Numbered from the stretch's first letter, positions 35,798-46,758 are shown. The stretch is DNA of 64,000 nucleotides from Bacteroidia bacterium (GCA_965279035.1 OZ257142.1:2720001-2784000); one strand, 5' to 3'. Translations and numbers: made by a program. The notes: generated by a model from the sequence alone, not told the origin.

Positions 35798-37440
35798 TCT
35801 CCTCGGGAAAAAGATATCGGAAAGTATTTGGAATTTTGGCCCATCATGGATTCGACGATATCGTTGGACAATTGAGTGGACAAAAATGGATTCGTCTATT
35901 CCGAAAAAAAAGAACACCTGAGCAAGAAGCTCAAAAAATAAAAGACCGTTGGATTCGACTTCGATTGGTCTTGGAAGAATTAGGTCCAACGTATATTAAA
36001 TTTGGGCAAGTATTAAGTAACCGACCGGGTTTATTGCCCGATGATTTGGTTTTGGAATTAGCAAAATTGCAAGATGCTGTTCCTCCTTTTACATATGAAG
36101 AAGTAAAATCAATCCTTGAATCAGAATTTAAAAAACCTATTACTGAATTATTTCAAAGCATCGAAATAATTCCAATTGCCTCTGCATCCATTGCTCAAGT
36201 TCACAAAGCTGTTTTATTGAGTGGTGAAAAAGTAGCCGTTAAAGTTCAACGTCCCGGAATTGAAGAAATCATTCGTGCAGACGTTGAAATACTGCGCGAT
36301 ATAGCAGGCTTGATGATGCGTTCGGAGGAATTGTCATCACTACGACCTAAAGAATTAGTTGCTGCCTTTGAACGATCGATTCTTGAAGAATTGGATTTTC
36401 GAAAAGAAGCCGTTCACCTACGCCGTTTCAATGAGCAATTTCAAGGAGATACGCTTGTAAAAATACCAACTCTTTATTCTACCTATTGTTCGAGTAAAGT
36501 CATTACTCTTGAGTATATTGATGGAATTAAAATAAATAAAACCGATGAACTGAAAGCTCAAGGTTACGACCTTAAAGCGATTGCCCGAAGAGGATTTGAT
36601 GCCTATTTCAAACAGATTTTCGAATGGGGATATTTTCATGCTGATCCTCATCCAGGAAATTTAATGGTTTTACCAGGAGAAGTGATTGGTATTCTTGATT
36701 TCGGAATGGTAGGGCGATTGAGTGAAAAAGATCGAGCGGCTTTGGTTGAATTTATTATTGGATTAGGAAGCGATGACACAGCGCGTATTGTAAAAAATAT
36801 AGAAAAACTTCAAGGTTCTGAAATTGCCGACAAGCCTGCTTTAGAAGTTGATATGTCTGCCTTTATTGAAGAATTTGGAACGCAAGCGGTTAAAGACATC
36901 GACTTAAATGAAGCATTAAATCGAGGTCGTTTATTAATCAATAAGCACAAACTCAAACTCAATCCCGATTTGTTTTTATTGCTCCGAACTGTTTCTATGT
37001 TAGAAGGACTTGGGATGAGTTTAGATCCAGAGTTTCGGTCTTTAGAAGTAATAAAACCATATGCATTTAAGCTTTTACAAAAAAACCTAAACCCCAAAAA
37101 TCTATTTAAAAGCAGAAAAATTATTTCCGCTTTAGCTGATTTAGCTTCATTAGCAGCATCATTTCCCGGTGATGCACGAAAGATTGTAGATAAACTTAAA
37201 AACGACCAAGTAAAAGTTCAAATCGATGATCGAGCTACACGACAATTAGCCAAAGAAGTGAATTTAGCAAGCAAACGAATTGGGAATTCACTCATTTTCA
37301 TGACACTTTTTGCAGGCGCATGTTATTTAAGTTCTTTGCCTCTTCCTCTCACATGGGGAATATTAAATACACCTTCAATTCTTTGCTTTGCAGCTTCAGC
37401 CTTGGTATTAATTAATATCTGGTATTTGAGGAGAAAATAA
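35794..37440 (+). CDS. AarF/ABC1/UbiB-family atypical kinase
   Basis: LEELGPTYIKFGQ, ASASIAQVH, VAVKVQRP, FHADPHPGN, LDFGMVG; C-terminal TM helices; GTGA overlap with the phasin gene. Confidence 0.93.
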   Translation: MISSGKRYRKVFGILAHHGFDDIVGQLSGQKWIRLFRKKRTPEQEAQKIKDRWIRLRLVLEELGPTYIKFGQVLSNRPGLLPDDLVLELAKLQDAVPPFTYEEVKSILESEFKKPITELFQSIEIIPIASASIAQVHKAVLLSGEKVAVKVQRPGIEEIIRADVEILRDIAGLMMRSEELSSLRPKELVAAFERSILEELDFRKEAVHLRRFNEQFQGDTLVKIPTLYSTYCSSKVITLEYIDGIKINKTDELKAQGYDLKAIARRGFDAYFKQIFEWGYFHADPHPGNLMVLPGEVIGILDFGMVGRLSEKDRAALVEFIIGLGSDDTARIVKNIEKLQGSEIADKPALEVDMSAFIEEFGTQAVKDIDLNEALNRGRLLINKHKLKLNPDLFLLLRTVSMLEGLGMSLDPEFRSLEVIKPYAFKLLQKNLNPKNLFKSRKIISALADLASLAASFPGDARKIVDKLKNDQVKVQIDDRATRQLAKEVNLASKRIGNSLIFMTLFAGACYLSSLPLPLTWGILNTPSILCFAASALVLINIWYLRRK

Positions 37441-38322
37441 TCATCCTCCAATTAGTAATACCTTCCACGCTTTTTGAATTTCCCCTTTATTGAGCAATTG
37501 CTGAGCAAGGCGATGTGATGCGAAATCACTTTCAGAAACCGATTCCATCAAGATATCAAATTCTCCTGATGTTTTAAAATCAGTTAATTCCTCTTCGTTA
37601 GGGATATGCTCCACATTTCCTAATTGACCTAAATTATTTCCAGTTAAAACAGGTGAAAAACGAATATGTTGAGGAATTGAATCTACCCCAATTCCAAGTG
37701 TTGTGAGAGGCTTTTCAACTTCAAACAAAGAAGAACCATGTGCTCTACTATACCAATTTCCACCCATGCGACCAACCAAATCGATCTTCTGTTGATCGAT
37801 ATGATTCTCCCCATTTAGAACTTCATTATGAATATGTGCCATCACCACTTCACATAAAATCAAATTCCCAGCACCACCTTGATCACCGAGAGCGATTACC
37901 TCTTTTACTATACATTCAAATTGAACAGGTGATTCTTTCACCCGGAATGGTTTGATTTTACTTGATGCAATAGCCGTAAATCCAGCCTTTTCGAATTCAT
38001 TCACCCCTTGTGCATATTCTGTACTGGCAAGCGACATTTGTTGAACCATGTCGTAATTCACCACATTGATTACCACTTCCGGAACCTTTAACACATTGTC
38101 GAGTGTGTGTTTTGTTGTATTGTCGCGCACTCTCCGCGCAGGAGAAAAAACCAACATGGGAGGATTGGCACTAAATGCATTGAAAAAACTAAAGGGACTT
38201 AAATTCGGATTTCCATGTTCGTCTATCGTACTTGCAAATGCAATTGGTCTTGGCCCAACTGCTCCTAATAAAATACTATGAAATTTCGCGATAGATACTT
38301 CGTGTGGATCGACTGTTAACAT
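37441..38322 (-). CDS. Flavin reductase family protein (DIM6/NTAB-like)
   Basis: PRPIAFAST, NLSPFSFFN, KHTLDN, VKESPVQFEC, VGRMGGNWY. Confidence 0.9.
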   Translation of the reverse strand: MLTVDPHEVSIAKFHSILLGAVGPRPIAFASTIDEHGNPNLSPFSFFNAFSANPPMLVFSPARRVRDNTTKHTLDNVLKVPEVVINVVNYDMVQQMSLASTEYAQGVNEFEKAGFTAIASSKIKPFRVKESPVQFECIVKEVIALGDQGGAGNLILCEVVMAHIHNEVLNGENHIDQQKIDLVGRMGGNWYSRAHGSSLFEVEKPLTTLGIGVDSIPQHIRFSPVLTGNNLGQLGNVEHIPNEEELTDFKTSGEFDILMESVSESDFASHRLAQQLLNKGEIQKAWKVLLIGG

Positions 38323-38339
38323 GAGAAAAAATTAGTGCT

Positions 38340-38347
38340 CAAATTTA
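38340..38347 (-). promoter_or_regulatory. -7 promoter element (TAAATTTG) for the flavin reductase gene
   Basis: Exact TAnnTTTG on the minus strand, 17 bp upstream of the ATG. Confidence 0.55.
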
Positions 38348-38483
38348 GAGTTAATTGTTAGCATTCATTTTCATTAAGATTGTTTTTAATCATCCTGTTT
38401 CATACTCAAGTATTCTATTGAATCTTTTTATCAAAGAATATCTGATTTTCTTTAACGAATAGACTAAGGGAAAAGAATTTTAA

Positions 38484-38491
38484 TAAATTTG
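38484..38491 (+). promoter_or_regulatory. -7 promoter element (TAAATTTG) for the PUR gene
   Basis: Exact TAnnTTTG upstream of the ATG at 38536. Confidence 0.55.
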
Positions 38492-38535
38492 TCCTGCTAC
38501 CCCTAAATCAAACGCATTTTCTTAACGTACAAAGC

Positions 38536-38907
38536 ATGGATTACAACGAACAACAGGATCGGGAGGAAATTTACTCAAGACCAGTAAGAGCAGGCAAAAG
38601 GACTTATTTCTTTGACGTAAAAAGTACGCGTGGAGATGATTTGTACCTCACCATTACTGAAAGCAAAAAACGCTTCAAGGATGATGGAACATTCTTCTAT
38701 GAAAAACATAAAATCTTTCTATATAAAGAAGATTTCGAAAAATTTACTGAAGGATTGAATGATGCCATTGGATTTATTTCTGATAATAACGTTGGCAATA
38801 CGACAGCTTCACCCGTTAATTCTGAATATACACCAGAACCTGTAAAGGAAGTTGAATCCAATACCTGGTCGAATGTTGAATTTGACGATTTAGACGGTAA
38901 AGCCTAA
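38536..38907 (+). CDS. PUR-family DNA/RNA-binding protein (DUF3276)
   Basis: EIYSRPVRAGKRTYFFDVK...YLTITESKK...KHKIFLYKEDF. Confidence 0.92.
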   Translation: MDYNEQQDREEIYSRPVRAGKRTYFFDVKSTRGDDLYLTITESKKRFKDDGTFFYEKHKIFLYKEDFEKFTEGLNDAIGFISDNNVGNTTASPVNSEYTPEPVKEVESNTWSNVEFDDLDGKA

Positions 38908-38908
38908 G

Positions 38909-39322
38909 TCAAGCCATTAATATCAAAGCAAAAACACTGGCAATAAAATAGGAAACCAGTCCACTTGCTCCTCCGTAATCTTTGGCGATTCGTTGTCCGA
39001 AAAACAAAAACAGGAGCGAAAGCACCGATAAAGCAGCACCGTAGTAAGCCACTGTGCTGCTTTTGTGTATAATAAGCTCTACTATTCCATATGCTGACAC
39101 TAATCCAGCAGAGATTTCAGAAAGTGTCAATAATATAAATAGGATTGGCACCAATGCACTTAAAAAGGTTTTGGAAAAATGACCGACTAGCCAAGATAAA
39201 TTTTCTTGGAAGTTTGTCATTTTGTCTAATCCTGATTGAATGAATAAAACAGCAAAAAAACTAGAAAATGCAATTTGTGCAATTCGAATAGCTTGTGGAG
39301 CGTGATTGATGTATTGATCCAT
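38909..39322 (-). CDS. DoxX-family membrane protein
   Basis: FIQSGLDK...WLVGHFSKT...FGQRIAKDY; several TM helices. Confidence 0.8.
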   Translation of the reverse strand: MDQYINHAPQAIRIAQIAFSSFFAVLFIQSGLDKMTNFQENLSWLVGHFSKTFLSALVPILFILLTLSEISAGLVSAYGIVELIIHKSSTVAYYGAALSVLSLLFLFFGQRIAKDYGGASGLVSYFIASVFALILMA

Positions 39323-39441
39323 ACAATTTCATGTTTTTTGGTTCGACACAAGATAACACGCTTGAGTATCAACAGAAAAAAAATGAAGCTGATTTTGAAT
39401 TCAACAGCCGCAACAACCTATTTATCAGAACACTAAAAATA

Positions 39442-39978
39442 TTAGAACTTCATAAAGCCATCCAATTGCTTAGTTAATACTTGAATCGTTGTTTGGTCAA
39501 TCAATTCTTTTTCTTCATTGAGCAAATTGAAAATCTGTGAAATGGGTTGCTTCACAGAATATACTTCGGCATTCAAATAATGCAAAATATCGGTTAAGTG
39601 ATCCATTCCTCTCAAGTTTCCCGCACGACCAGAAGAAACACCTACCAAAGCAAATTTTTTCCCTTTGAAAATATCTGGATTACAGGAATCAATTAATAAT
39701 TTCAGTATACCTGGAATACTTCCATTGTATTCGGGAGATATGATAATAAAGCGGTCGGATGCTTGAAAAATTTCATGTGCATACTTCTTCATATCGTTTT
39801 CACCTTTCTTATAAAATGCTTCATTGATCAATTGAACTGGTATGTTTTCCAAATTCATCACTCGATGTTCAATTCCTTTGTCCTTTAACAATTCAGCATA
39901 TTTCTCCGTTACTTTTCGTGTCATGCTATGATGTCGATTTGTAGCTGAAAGGAGTGTCGTCATATTCATTTGTTCCAT
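39442..39978 (-). CDS. NADPH-dependent FMN reductase
   Basis: SPEYNGSIPGILKLLID and GVSSGRAGNLRG motifs. Confidence 0.9.
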   Translation of the reverse strand: MEQMNMTTLLSATNRHHSMTRKVTEKYAELLKDKGIEHRVMNLENIPVQLINEAFYKKGENDMKKYAHEIFQASDRFIIISPEYNGSIPGILKLLIDSCNPDIFKGKKFALVGVSSGRAGNLRGMDHLTDILHYLNAEVYSVKQPISQIFNLLNEEKELIDQTTIQVLTKQLDGFMKF

Positions 39979-40006
39979 GTAAATTGCATCTGTTTAAATT
40001 TCACAG

Positions 40007-40687
40007 ATGTATATAACCTATTTCGGGCATTCTTGTTTTCAAGTTGAAATTGCCGACACAAAGATACTATTCGATCCCTTTATTCGCCCTAATTCTAAAG
40101 CGCAGCAAATTGATCCGCTTAAAATAGAAGCAGATTATCTCCTGGTAAGTCATGGTCATTTCGACCATATAGCTGATGCTGAAGAGATAGCAAAAAACAC
40201 CAATGCACTTCTAATAACCAATTGGGAAATTCATCAATGGTTTGTTAAGAAAGGACTTCAACATGTTCAACCAATGAATAGTGGTGGTAGTTTCAAAACC
40301 CCTTTTGGTAAAATTCACATGACACCTGCCGTTCATTCGAGTAGTTTGCCTGATGGAAGCTATGGAGGAAATCCCAATGGCTTTGCAATCCAATCGAGCG
40401 AAGGAGGCTTTTATTATTCGGGTGATACCGATTTGTTTTCCGATATGCAGCTCATTGCCCGTAGATTTCAACCTTCATTTGCCTTTCTTCCTATTGGGGA
40501 TGTGTTTACCATGAATATTGAAGCAGCCTGTGAAGCAGCAATACTTTTGAGGGTGAGACAAGTGATTGGTATGCATTACGACACTTTTCCGACAATTGAA
40601 ATAGATCATACAGAAGCCAAGGAAAAATTTGCTCAACAAGGCATTGAACTCATTTTGATGCAAATTGGAGAACGCCGTAAAATGTGA
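40007..40687 (+). CDS. Metal-dependent hydrolase, MBL fold (UPF0173)
   Basis: YFGHSCF, DPF, SHGHFDH, AVHSS, GDT, LPIGD, MHYDTF. Confidence 0.9.
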   Translation: MYITYFGHSCFQVEIADTKILFDPFIRPNSKAQQIDPLKIEADYLLVSHGHFDHIADAEEIAKNTNALLITNWEIHQWFVKKGLQHVQPMNSGGSFKTPFGKIHMTPAVHSSSLPDGSYGGNPNGFAIQSSEGGFYYSGDTDLFSDMQLIARRFQPSFAFLPIGDVFTMNIEAACEAAILLRVRQVIGMHYDTFPTIEIDHTEAKEKFAQQGIELILMQIGERRKM

Positions 40688-41317
40688 TTAGTGTCGAATG
40701 TGATAATAGAAGAGTTTCACATATTCGTTATTAACCATCAACAATCCAGCTTCATTCCCCCACCAAACATCTTCTTTGTAAGCTGTGCTCGGACTTCCAC
40801 GAAGAATCATTTCAATTCCCGAATTCTTATATAAATCGCGAAAAGCATAATTGATTCTATTGGTGTGGAACTTATCCGAAACTACCATGATCTTATGTAA
40901 TCCATTCAATTTGCAATAGGCTAAAATTGCATCACTTTCTTCGCGCGTGCTTGTACCAATATGCAATACTCGAATTTTATCATCCGATATCCCTGCAGCC
41001 AATAAAGCGATGCGACTCAAATCGGCTTCATCGGTACTATCGCCAATTACTTCAAATATTCGAGGAATAGAAGCACCGGTACACACAACATAAGGTGCAT
41101 ACCCTAATTTTAACAAACGAGCTGCTTCCAAAGAACGATCATTCGGATTTCCACTTAAAACAAACAATGCTTCACATGGACTTAATGCATCTTCTTCAAT
41201 TAAATAATTCCCTGCAAACCGCATGATTGGTCGACGTGCCACATAAATCACAGACAAACAAAAAAGCAATAGCCCAATAATTATAAGAAAGCGCCTTAGT
41301 TTAGGTCGTTTGTGCAT
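40688..41317 (-). CDS. YdcF/DUF218-family protein
   Basis: N-terminal TM helix, VLSG...R, TSTREE, VVSDKFHTNR, EYVKL. Confidence 0.85.
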   Translation of the reverse strand: MHKRPKLRRFLIIIGLLLFCLSVIYVARRPIMRFAGNYLIEEDALSPCEALFVLSGNPNDRSLEAARLLKLGYAPYVVCTGASIPRIFEVIGDSTDEADLSRIALLAAGISDDKIRVLHIGTSTREESDAILAYCKLNGLHKIMVVSDKFHTNRINYAFRDLYKNSGIEMILRGSPSTAYKEDVWWGNEAGLLMVNNEYVKLFYYHIRH

Positions 41318-41434
41318 GCAGCTAACCTACAATTTTTTACGAATATCCTTTGTTCAGAAAACTGTTTATGCTTTCCTATACCAAAAATAGAGGAAACAAC
41401 GTTTTATCGTACTTTCGCCCTGAAGTAAGTACTT

Positions 41435-42070
41435 ATGAAGCAAATTTCTCTACCCTTTATATTTATCCTTTTGAGTTTGCATTTTGCGTATGCTCAATCG
41501 CCTAATCGTAAAGTGATTCAATTTTCGGGTGTTGTGGTGAGTGGCGATAGTTTACAGCCAGTGCCATATACCAACATTTCTGATAAATCAACCCATAGAG
41601 GAACCGTGAGCGACTACTATGGATTTTTCTCCTTCGTAGCCCAAGAAAACGATACGATTGAATTTAGCAGTATTGGGTTTAGAAAGGCACAATACATTAT
41701 TCCAAAGAATTTGGATGAATCGAAATATTCCATTATCCAAGTTTTAAATCGCGATACTATCGAATTGGCTACTACCGTTATCTATGCTTGGCCCACACGT
41801 GAGCAGATTTATGAATATTTTTTAAGTGCCCCAATTCCGGATGATGATGTGGAGCGTGCCCGTAAAAATTTAGCTCAAGAAAAAATCAACGACATGGCTA
41901 TCAATATGCCGATGGATGCTAATATGAATTTTAGAAATTCGATGCAGAATTACAATACGCGACTTTATACAGCTGGACAAATTCCTATGAATAATTTACT
42001 CAATCCAATCGCTTGGGCAAAGTTTGTAGATGCCTGGAAAAAAGGTGATTTTAAACGTAAAAGCAATTAA
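41435..42070 (+). CDS. Carboxypeptidase-regulatory-like domain protein
   Basis: Signal peptide; QFSGVV...PVPYTNI...GTVSDYYGFFS...DTIEFSSIGF. Confidence 0.8.
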   Translation: MKQISLPFIFILLSLHFAYAQSPNRKVIQFSGVVVSGDSLQPVPYTNISDKSTHRGTVSDYYGFFSFVAQENDTIEFSSIGFRKAQYIIPKNLDESKYSIIQVLNRDTIELATTVIYAWPTREQIYEYFLSAPIPDDDVERARKNLAQEKINDMAINMPMDANMNFRNSMQNYNTRLYTAGQIPMNNLLNPIAWAKFVDAWKKGDFKRKSN

Positions 42071-42115
42071 TTTCTATTGGAGATTCTTTACGATATCCCC
42101 AAGCAATACATTCAA

Positions 42116-44632
42116 ATGCAGCGACTGCTTCTTTTATTTCTTCTCGTTGTTTCAAACGGAATTCTAGCTCAAAATGCAACAATTCTTGGTCGCGTTACTG
42201 GTGAACAAGGCAATCTACTAGCCGGTGTAATTGTATATCGCATTGGTGATTTGGGAAAAGCGGTAACAACCGATTCAGAAGGACGTTTTAAATTGAATGT
42301 TCCTGCTGATCAACAATTGTATATCGTGTATAAATTAACTGGATTTGAATCGGATACGATGGCGCTTCGATTAAAAGCGGGAGAACAAAAATTCATTGAT
42401 CGCTATTTAAGCATGAAAGTGCGCGATTTTTCGGAATTCGAAGTGATTGATAAAGGTGATCGACAAACAGGTTTGCAACGATTAGATCCATTGATTGTCA
42501 ATACGCTAACGGGACCAGGTGATGCCATTTCGATGACCTTGAAAACCTTACCGGGTGTTTATTCAAACAACGAATTAAGCTCTCAATATTCGGTGCGAGG
42601 TGGAAATTATGACGAGAACTTGGTGTATGTGAATGATGTAGAAATATATCGTCCATTTTTAGTTCGAGCAGGACAACAAGAAGGATTGAGTTTTGCGAAT
42701 CCATCGATGGTGGAGAGTTTGAAATTTTCGGCTGGAGGTTTTGAAGCGAAGTATGGGGATAAAATGTCATCCGTTTTAGATATCACCTATAAACGTCCTA
42801 AGAAATTTGGTGGCTCAGCATCGGCAAGTATATTAGGAGGAAATCTTCAACTCGAAGGTGCTACAAAAAATTATCGCCTTTCAGGAATGATCGGTGCTCG
42901 ATATAGAACTACACAATACTTGCTCAACAGCTTAGATGTTAAAGGACAGTATCGACCTTCGTTTACGGATATTCAAGGTTATGTTTTGTATAACATTACT
43001 GAAAAATGGGATATTGATTTTTTAGGAAATTATGCCGTAAATAATTATCGAGTTTTTCCTCAAGATCAAACCACCGAATTTGGAACAATCAATCAAGCAC
43101 TTCAATTAAAAGTGTATTTCGATGGAAAAGATCAAAGTCGCTTTGCTACGTCTATGGGGGCAATGACAAGTACTTGGCGACCAAATCGAAAATTAAAATT
43201 GAAGATTATTACGTCCATGTTTAATTCGTCTGAAACAGAAAAATCGGATGTAGCGGGTGAATATTATATCAACGAATTAGATCGAGATCTTGGAAGTAAA
43301 GATTTTGGTGATGTAGCCTTTAATCGTGGAATTGGAGCATATCAAACCTTTATTCGAAATGATTTGCATTATACCGTAATGAATATCGAACACAAAGGAT
43401 ATTTCGAGTCTGGTAAACACTATATATTATGGGGAGCGCGTGCTCAAAATGAACAAATTACCGATCATTTAAAAGAATGGAGAATGATTGATTCTGCTGG
43501 TTATTCGATGCCAGTGAGTCAATCAATTGATGATTTGTATGGTCCCGATTCCATTACCTTAAACTCATACACTAAAAGTTCTGCAACGCTTAATTCTATG
43601 CGTTATCAAGGATATTTTCAAGACAATTATAAGTGGAGAAAAGATTCTATTGATTTTGCAATAACTGGAGGAATTCGTGCAAATCATTGGACAATAAACG
43701 GACAAACGATTGTAAGTCCACGTGTAGTATTTTCCTTTAGTCCATTAAGTTGGAAACGCGATATTACATTTCGCATGGCTGCAGGGCATTATGCACAACC
43801 CCCATTTTACAGAGAAATGCGCGGCTTTGATGGATCGCTTAATCGGAATTTAAAAGCACAAGAAAGCTGGCACTTTATCACCGGTGCTGATTTTACGTTT
43901 AAAGCGTGGGGACGACCATTTGGGTTTTATGCTGAAGGATATTATAAGATTCTTCGAAATTTGGTTCCTTATGAGATTGATAATGTGCGTGTGCGTTATT
44001 ATGCCGATAATATTAGTGATGGTTATGCTACTGGAATTGATATGAAAGTGAATGGTGAATTTGTGAAAGGTGTGCAAAGTTGGGCGAGTATGAGTATTAT
44101 GAAAACGCAGGAAAATTTGCGGAATGATTTCTATTACAATCGTTTTAATAGTGATGGAGAGAAAATTATTCCTGGATATACCGCCAATAATGTTGCTGTT
44201 GATTCTCAACGAGTAGAACCAGGATACATTCCCCGTCCAACCGATCAGCGTTTTAATTTTAGCTTGTTCTTTCAAGATTATCTACCCAAAAATGAAAGTA
44301 TTTCGATGCAAATTACATTGGTTTTTGGATCACGATTACCACTTGGACCACCCGATTTTAATCGTTACCGCGATACGTTAAGAATTCCTCCTTATCGTCG
44401 TGTTGATATAGGATTTGCAAAACAATTTATTCGTGCGGGAAAACCACTTCCGAAGTCATCTCCCTTTCATAATTTAAAAACACTGACACTTAGTTTGGAA
44501 GTTTTTAATTTATTGGGGGTAAATAATACGGTTTCGTATATCTGGATAAAAGATGTCACCAATCGCACGTATGCTATACCGAATTATCTCACCAATCGAC
44601 TATTAAATCTACGATTGCAGGCTAGTTTTTAA
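42116..44632 (+). CDS. TonB-dependent outer-membrane receptor
   Basis: CarboxypepD_reg N domain; plug LPGVYSNNELSSQYSVRGGNYDENL, GGFEAKYGDKMSSVLDI; C-terminal Phe. Confidence 0.9.
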   Translation: MQRLLLLFLLVVSNGILAQNATILGRVTGEQGNLLAGVIVYRIGDLGKAVTTDSEGRFKLNVPADQQLYIVYKLTGFESDTMALRLKAGEQKFIDRYLSMKVRDFSEFEVIDKGDRQTGLQRLDPLIVNTLTGPGDAISMTLKTLPGVYSNNELSSQYSVRGGNYDENLVYVNDVEIYRPFLVRAGQQEGLSFANPSMVESLKFSAGGFEAKYGDKMSSVLDITYKRPKKFGGSASASILGGNLQLEGATKNYRLSGMIGARYRTTQYLLNSLDVKGQYRPSFTDIQGYVLYNITEKWDIDFLGNYAVNNYRVFPQDQTTEFGTINQALQLKVYFDGKDQSRFATSMGAMTSTWRPNRKLKLKIITSMFNSSETEKSDVAGEYYINELDRDLGSKDFGDVAFNRGIGAYQTFIRNDLHYTVMNIEHKGYFESGKHYILWGARAQNEQITDHLKEWRMIDSAGYSMPVSQSIDDLYGPDSITLNSYTKSSATLNSMRYQGYFQDNYKWRKDSIDFAITGGIRANHWTINGQTIVSPRVVFSFSPLSWKRDITFRMAAGHYAQPPFYREMRGFDGSLNRNLKAQESWHFITGADFTFKAWGRPFGFYAEGYYKILRNLVPYEIDNVRVRYYADNISDGYATGIDMKVNGEFVKGVQSWASMSIMKTQENLRNDFYYNRFNSDGEKIIPGYTANNVAVDSQRVEPGYIPRPTDQRFNFSLFFQDYLPKNESISMQITLVFGSRLPLGPPDFNRYRDTLRIPPYRRVDIGFAKQFIRAGKPLPKSSPFHNLKTLTLSLEVFNLLGVNNTVSYIWIKDVTNRTYAIPNYLTNRLLNLRLQASF

Positions 44633-44658
44633 AACAATTTAAGCTGATAAAAACGCAT

Positions 44659-46251
44659 GTGAAAAACGTTCTTTTCCATACCAATAAATTAAAATCAGCA
44701 TTCCTAATTTTTTGGTTGATTGTTTTAATTGTATGGGTAAAAGCAGTCGTGTTTTTTCAGTTCTCAATAAAATACACCGATTGCGATCAAGCTGTTCTGT
44801 GGCAGACTTTGCATGATATTTCGAAGGGAAATTTTTATCAACCCTGCTTTTATGGACAAGCCTATAATTCGGCACTTGAAAGCTATTTAGCATGCCCATT
44901 TTATGCATTGGGAATGAAGGAATATTATGCACTTCCACTCATTTCTATATGTATTTCATTATTACCTTATTTAATTCTAAGTCTTTTATTTATTCGAAAA
45001 AAAGATTGGTGGGCAGCAATTTTCACCTTATTACTTTACTTGTGGTTGCCTCCTTTTTATGATTTATTTACCGCTTTACCTCGGGGATTTGTAACTGGAT
45101 TATTTGCTTGTTCTTTTTTACTTCCAGCTTGGTTTTTTCCTGAAAACAAAAAAGCGCTTTTATTGGCATTTTTCACTTTACCGTTTGCCTTTTGGCTCAA
45201 TTACAACACCGTTATTTTCCTTGTTCCTTTTCTAGTTAAATTGGCAATAGCACATTACAAGAAACCCATTTCATTTTTTGTATTCAGCTTTATTCTTACT
45301 GTTCCCGGCATCCTATGGATAGTATTTACACGAAACTTTTATTTAACTCATCCACATTATCTAGTTCATTCGATAGAAATAAGCAAGTTTAAATGGAAAT
45401 ACATTCTTGAATTTTGGACGAATTGGAACAATTGGTTAGGCTATTTAACGCCTGGTTTGTGGAAATTCTCACAGATGGTTTTCATCTTTTTACTCATTCC
45501 ACTGGTCACGTTTTTTCGCAATAAAAATTGGGAAATGCTCCTGATTTATTTATCGTTTCTATTCATTTTAGTTTTTTCTACTGGATTTGAGAAAATAAAA
45601 GACGGTGTTTCGAGTGATATTTTCTTTCCATTATCACGCATGTTTATCTGCTTTTCCCTTGTATTGATTTTGTTTTTAGCAACCATTTTTTCGAAATGGA
45701 TTCAACGTTTTCAATATAGCTGGTTAAGTATACTCATAGTTGTTTTATTGAGCTCGATGATTTCAATTCAAAAACACAATGAATTAGCCATTCGTAGTAA
45801 ATGGGAAACTATTAATAAAGAGGAAATTCGGGTACAGCAAATGCCTATTGAACATGTGTTTTATAAATGTAACGAGCTTCAAAAAATCTCCAATCACTAT
45901 AAACCCGATTTAATTGTTTTTGCTATAAACGAAACATACGAGTTTAATTACTTATTACTTTCCTATGCATGCCCGTGTTTGGTGAACGATTTACCCACAA
46001 CCATAATTAAATCGTACGATCGTCGTGGCCATTTAATTACGAAAATAAAACGTAATAAATTCCATCGGATCTTAGTGCTCAATAAACAGGAAACACTTGG
46101 CATACGAGTTTTATCAGATCCGAACCATTATCAGAAAATTAAAGCACGTGAAAACTTGTATTTCCTTTATGAATCGAAAGAAGGAATTACCTGGTTAGAC
46201 TTTAATTTCTCCATTTCAAACAAGCAAGAACGCATTCGATTCCGTCCTTAA
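44659..46251 (+). CDS. Polytopic membrane protein, possible GT-C-fold glycosyltransferase
   Basis: About 10 TM segments; first loop D.DQAV...FYGQAY resembles GT-C/ArnT-like proteins (inference). Confidence 0.6.
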   Translation: MKNVLFHTNKLKSAFLIFWLIVLIVWVKAVVFFQFSIKYTDCDQAVLWQTLHDISKGNFYQPCFYGQAYNSALESYLACPFYALGMKEYYALPLISICISLLPYLILSLLFIRKKDWWAAIFTLLLYLWLPPFYDLFTALPRGFVTGLFACSFLLPAWFFPENKKALLLAFFTLPFAFWLNYNTVIFLVPFLVKLAIAHYKKPISFFVFSFILTVPGILWIVFTRNFYLTHPHYLVHSIEISKFKWKYILEFWTNWNNWLGYLTPGLWKFSQMVFIFLLIPLVTFFRNKNWEMLLIYLSFLFILVFSTGFEKIKDGVSSDIFFPLSRMFICFSLVLILFLATIFSKWIQRFQYSWLSILIVVLLSSMISIQKHNELAIRSKWETINKEEIRVQQMPIEHVFYKCNELQKISNHYKPDLIVFAINETYEFNYLLLSYACPCLVNDLPTTIIKSYDRRGHLITKIKRNKFHRILVLNKQETLGIRVLSDPNHYQKIKARENLYFLYESKEGITWLDFNFSISNKQERIRFRP

Positions 46252-46757
46252 TTTTTCAACTTATTGATGTGAGTCTGTATAGCTTCTTGATATTCTGCTC
46301 CGCGTTTTTCTGCAAAATAATCGGCTCCTAACATGAGTGCTGCTTGGAGGAGTAAACCGAATCCAATGCCTCTCATATAGGCCGATTGAAGAAAAATAAA
46401 TAACACGATTCCGATCAATAACAAGCTCATTTCAACGTATCGATAAATCACAAAATTTTTCATGACTGTTTCCATCCGAGGAATTTCTTGTTTTGATAAT
46501 TCTTGAGAATTAAAGGCAATTGCTTCCACTCGAAATCTGTCTTTGTGAGAACGGAAATACACACTCAAACCAACGGTTAATTGAATGAGTGCAACCAGTA
46601 AAAATGGCCAAGCTAATCCTGTTAAAAAAGGTGTTTTAAATTTAAACCAAGCAGCAAGAGCAATAGAAAAAGTAATTATACCAATAGCAATAAAGACAAG
46701 ACTTTCGAGCTGTTCGGCTTTGAAATAACGGGCGATAAATGAGATATCTGTCTTCAT
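46248..46757 (-). CDS. Membrane protein of unknown function
   Basis: Four hydrophobic helices, EIPRM..VMKNF and DYFAEKRG..Y; 1 bp downstream of the SDR stop. Confidence 0.75.
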   Translation of the reverse strand: MKTDISFIARYFKAEQLESLVFIAIGIITFSIALAAWFKFKTPFLTGLAWPFLLVALIQLTVGLSVYFRSHKDRFRVEAIAFNSQELSKQEIPRMETVMKNFVIYRYVEMSLLLIGIVLFIFLQSAYMRGIGFGLLLQAALMLGADYFAEKRGAEYQEAIQTHINKLKN

Positions 46758-46758
46758 A

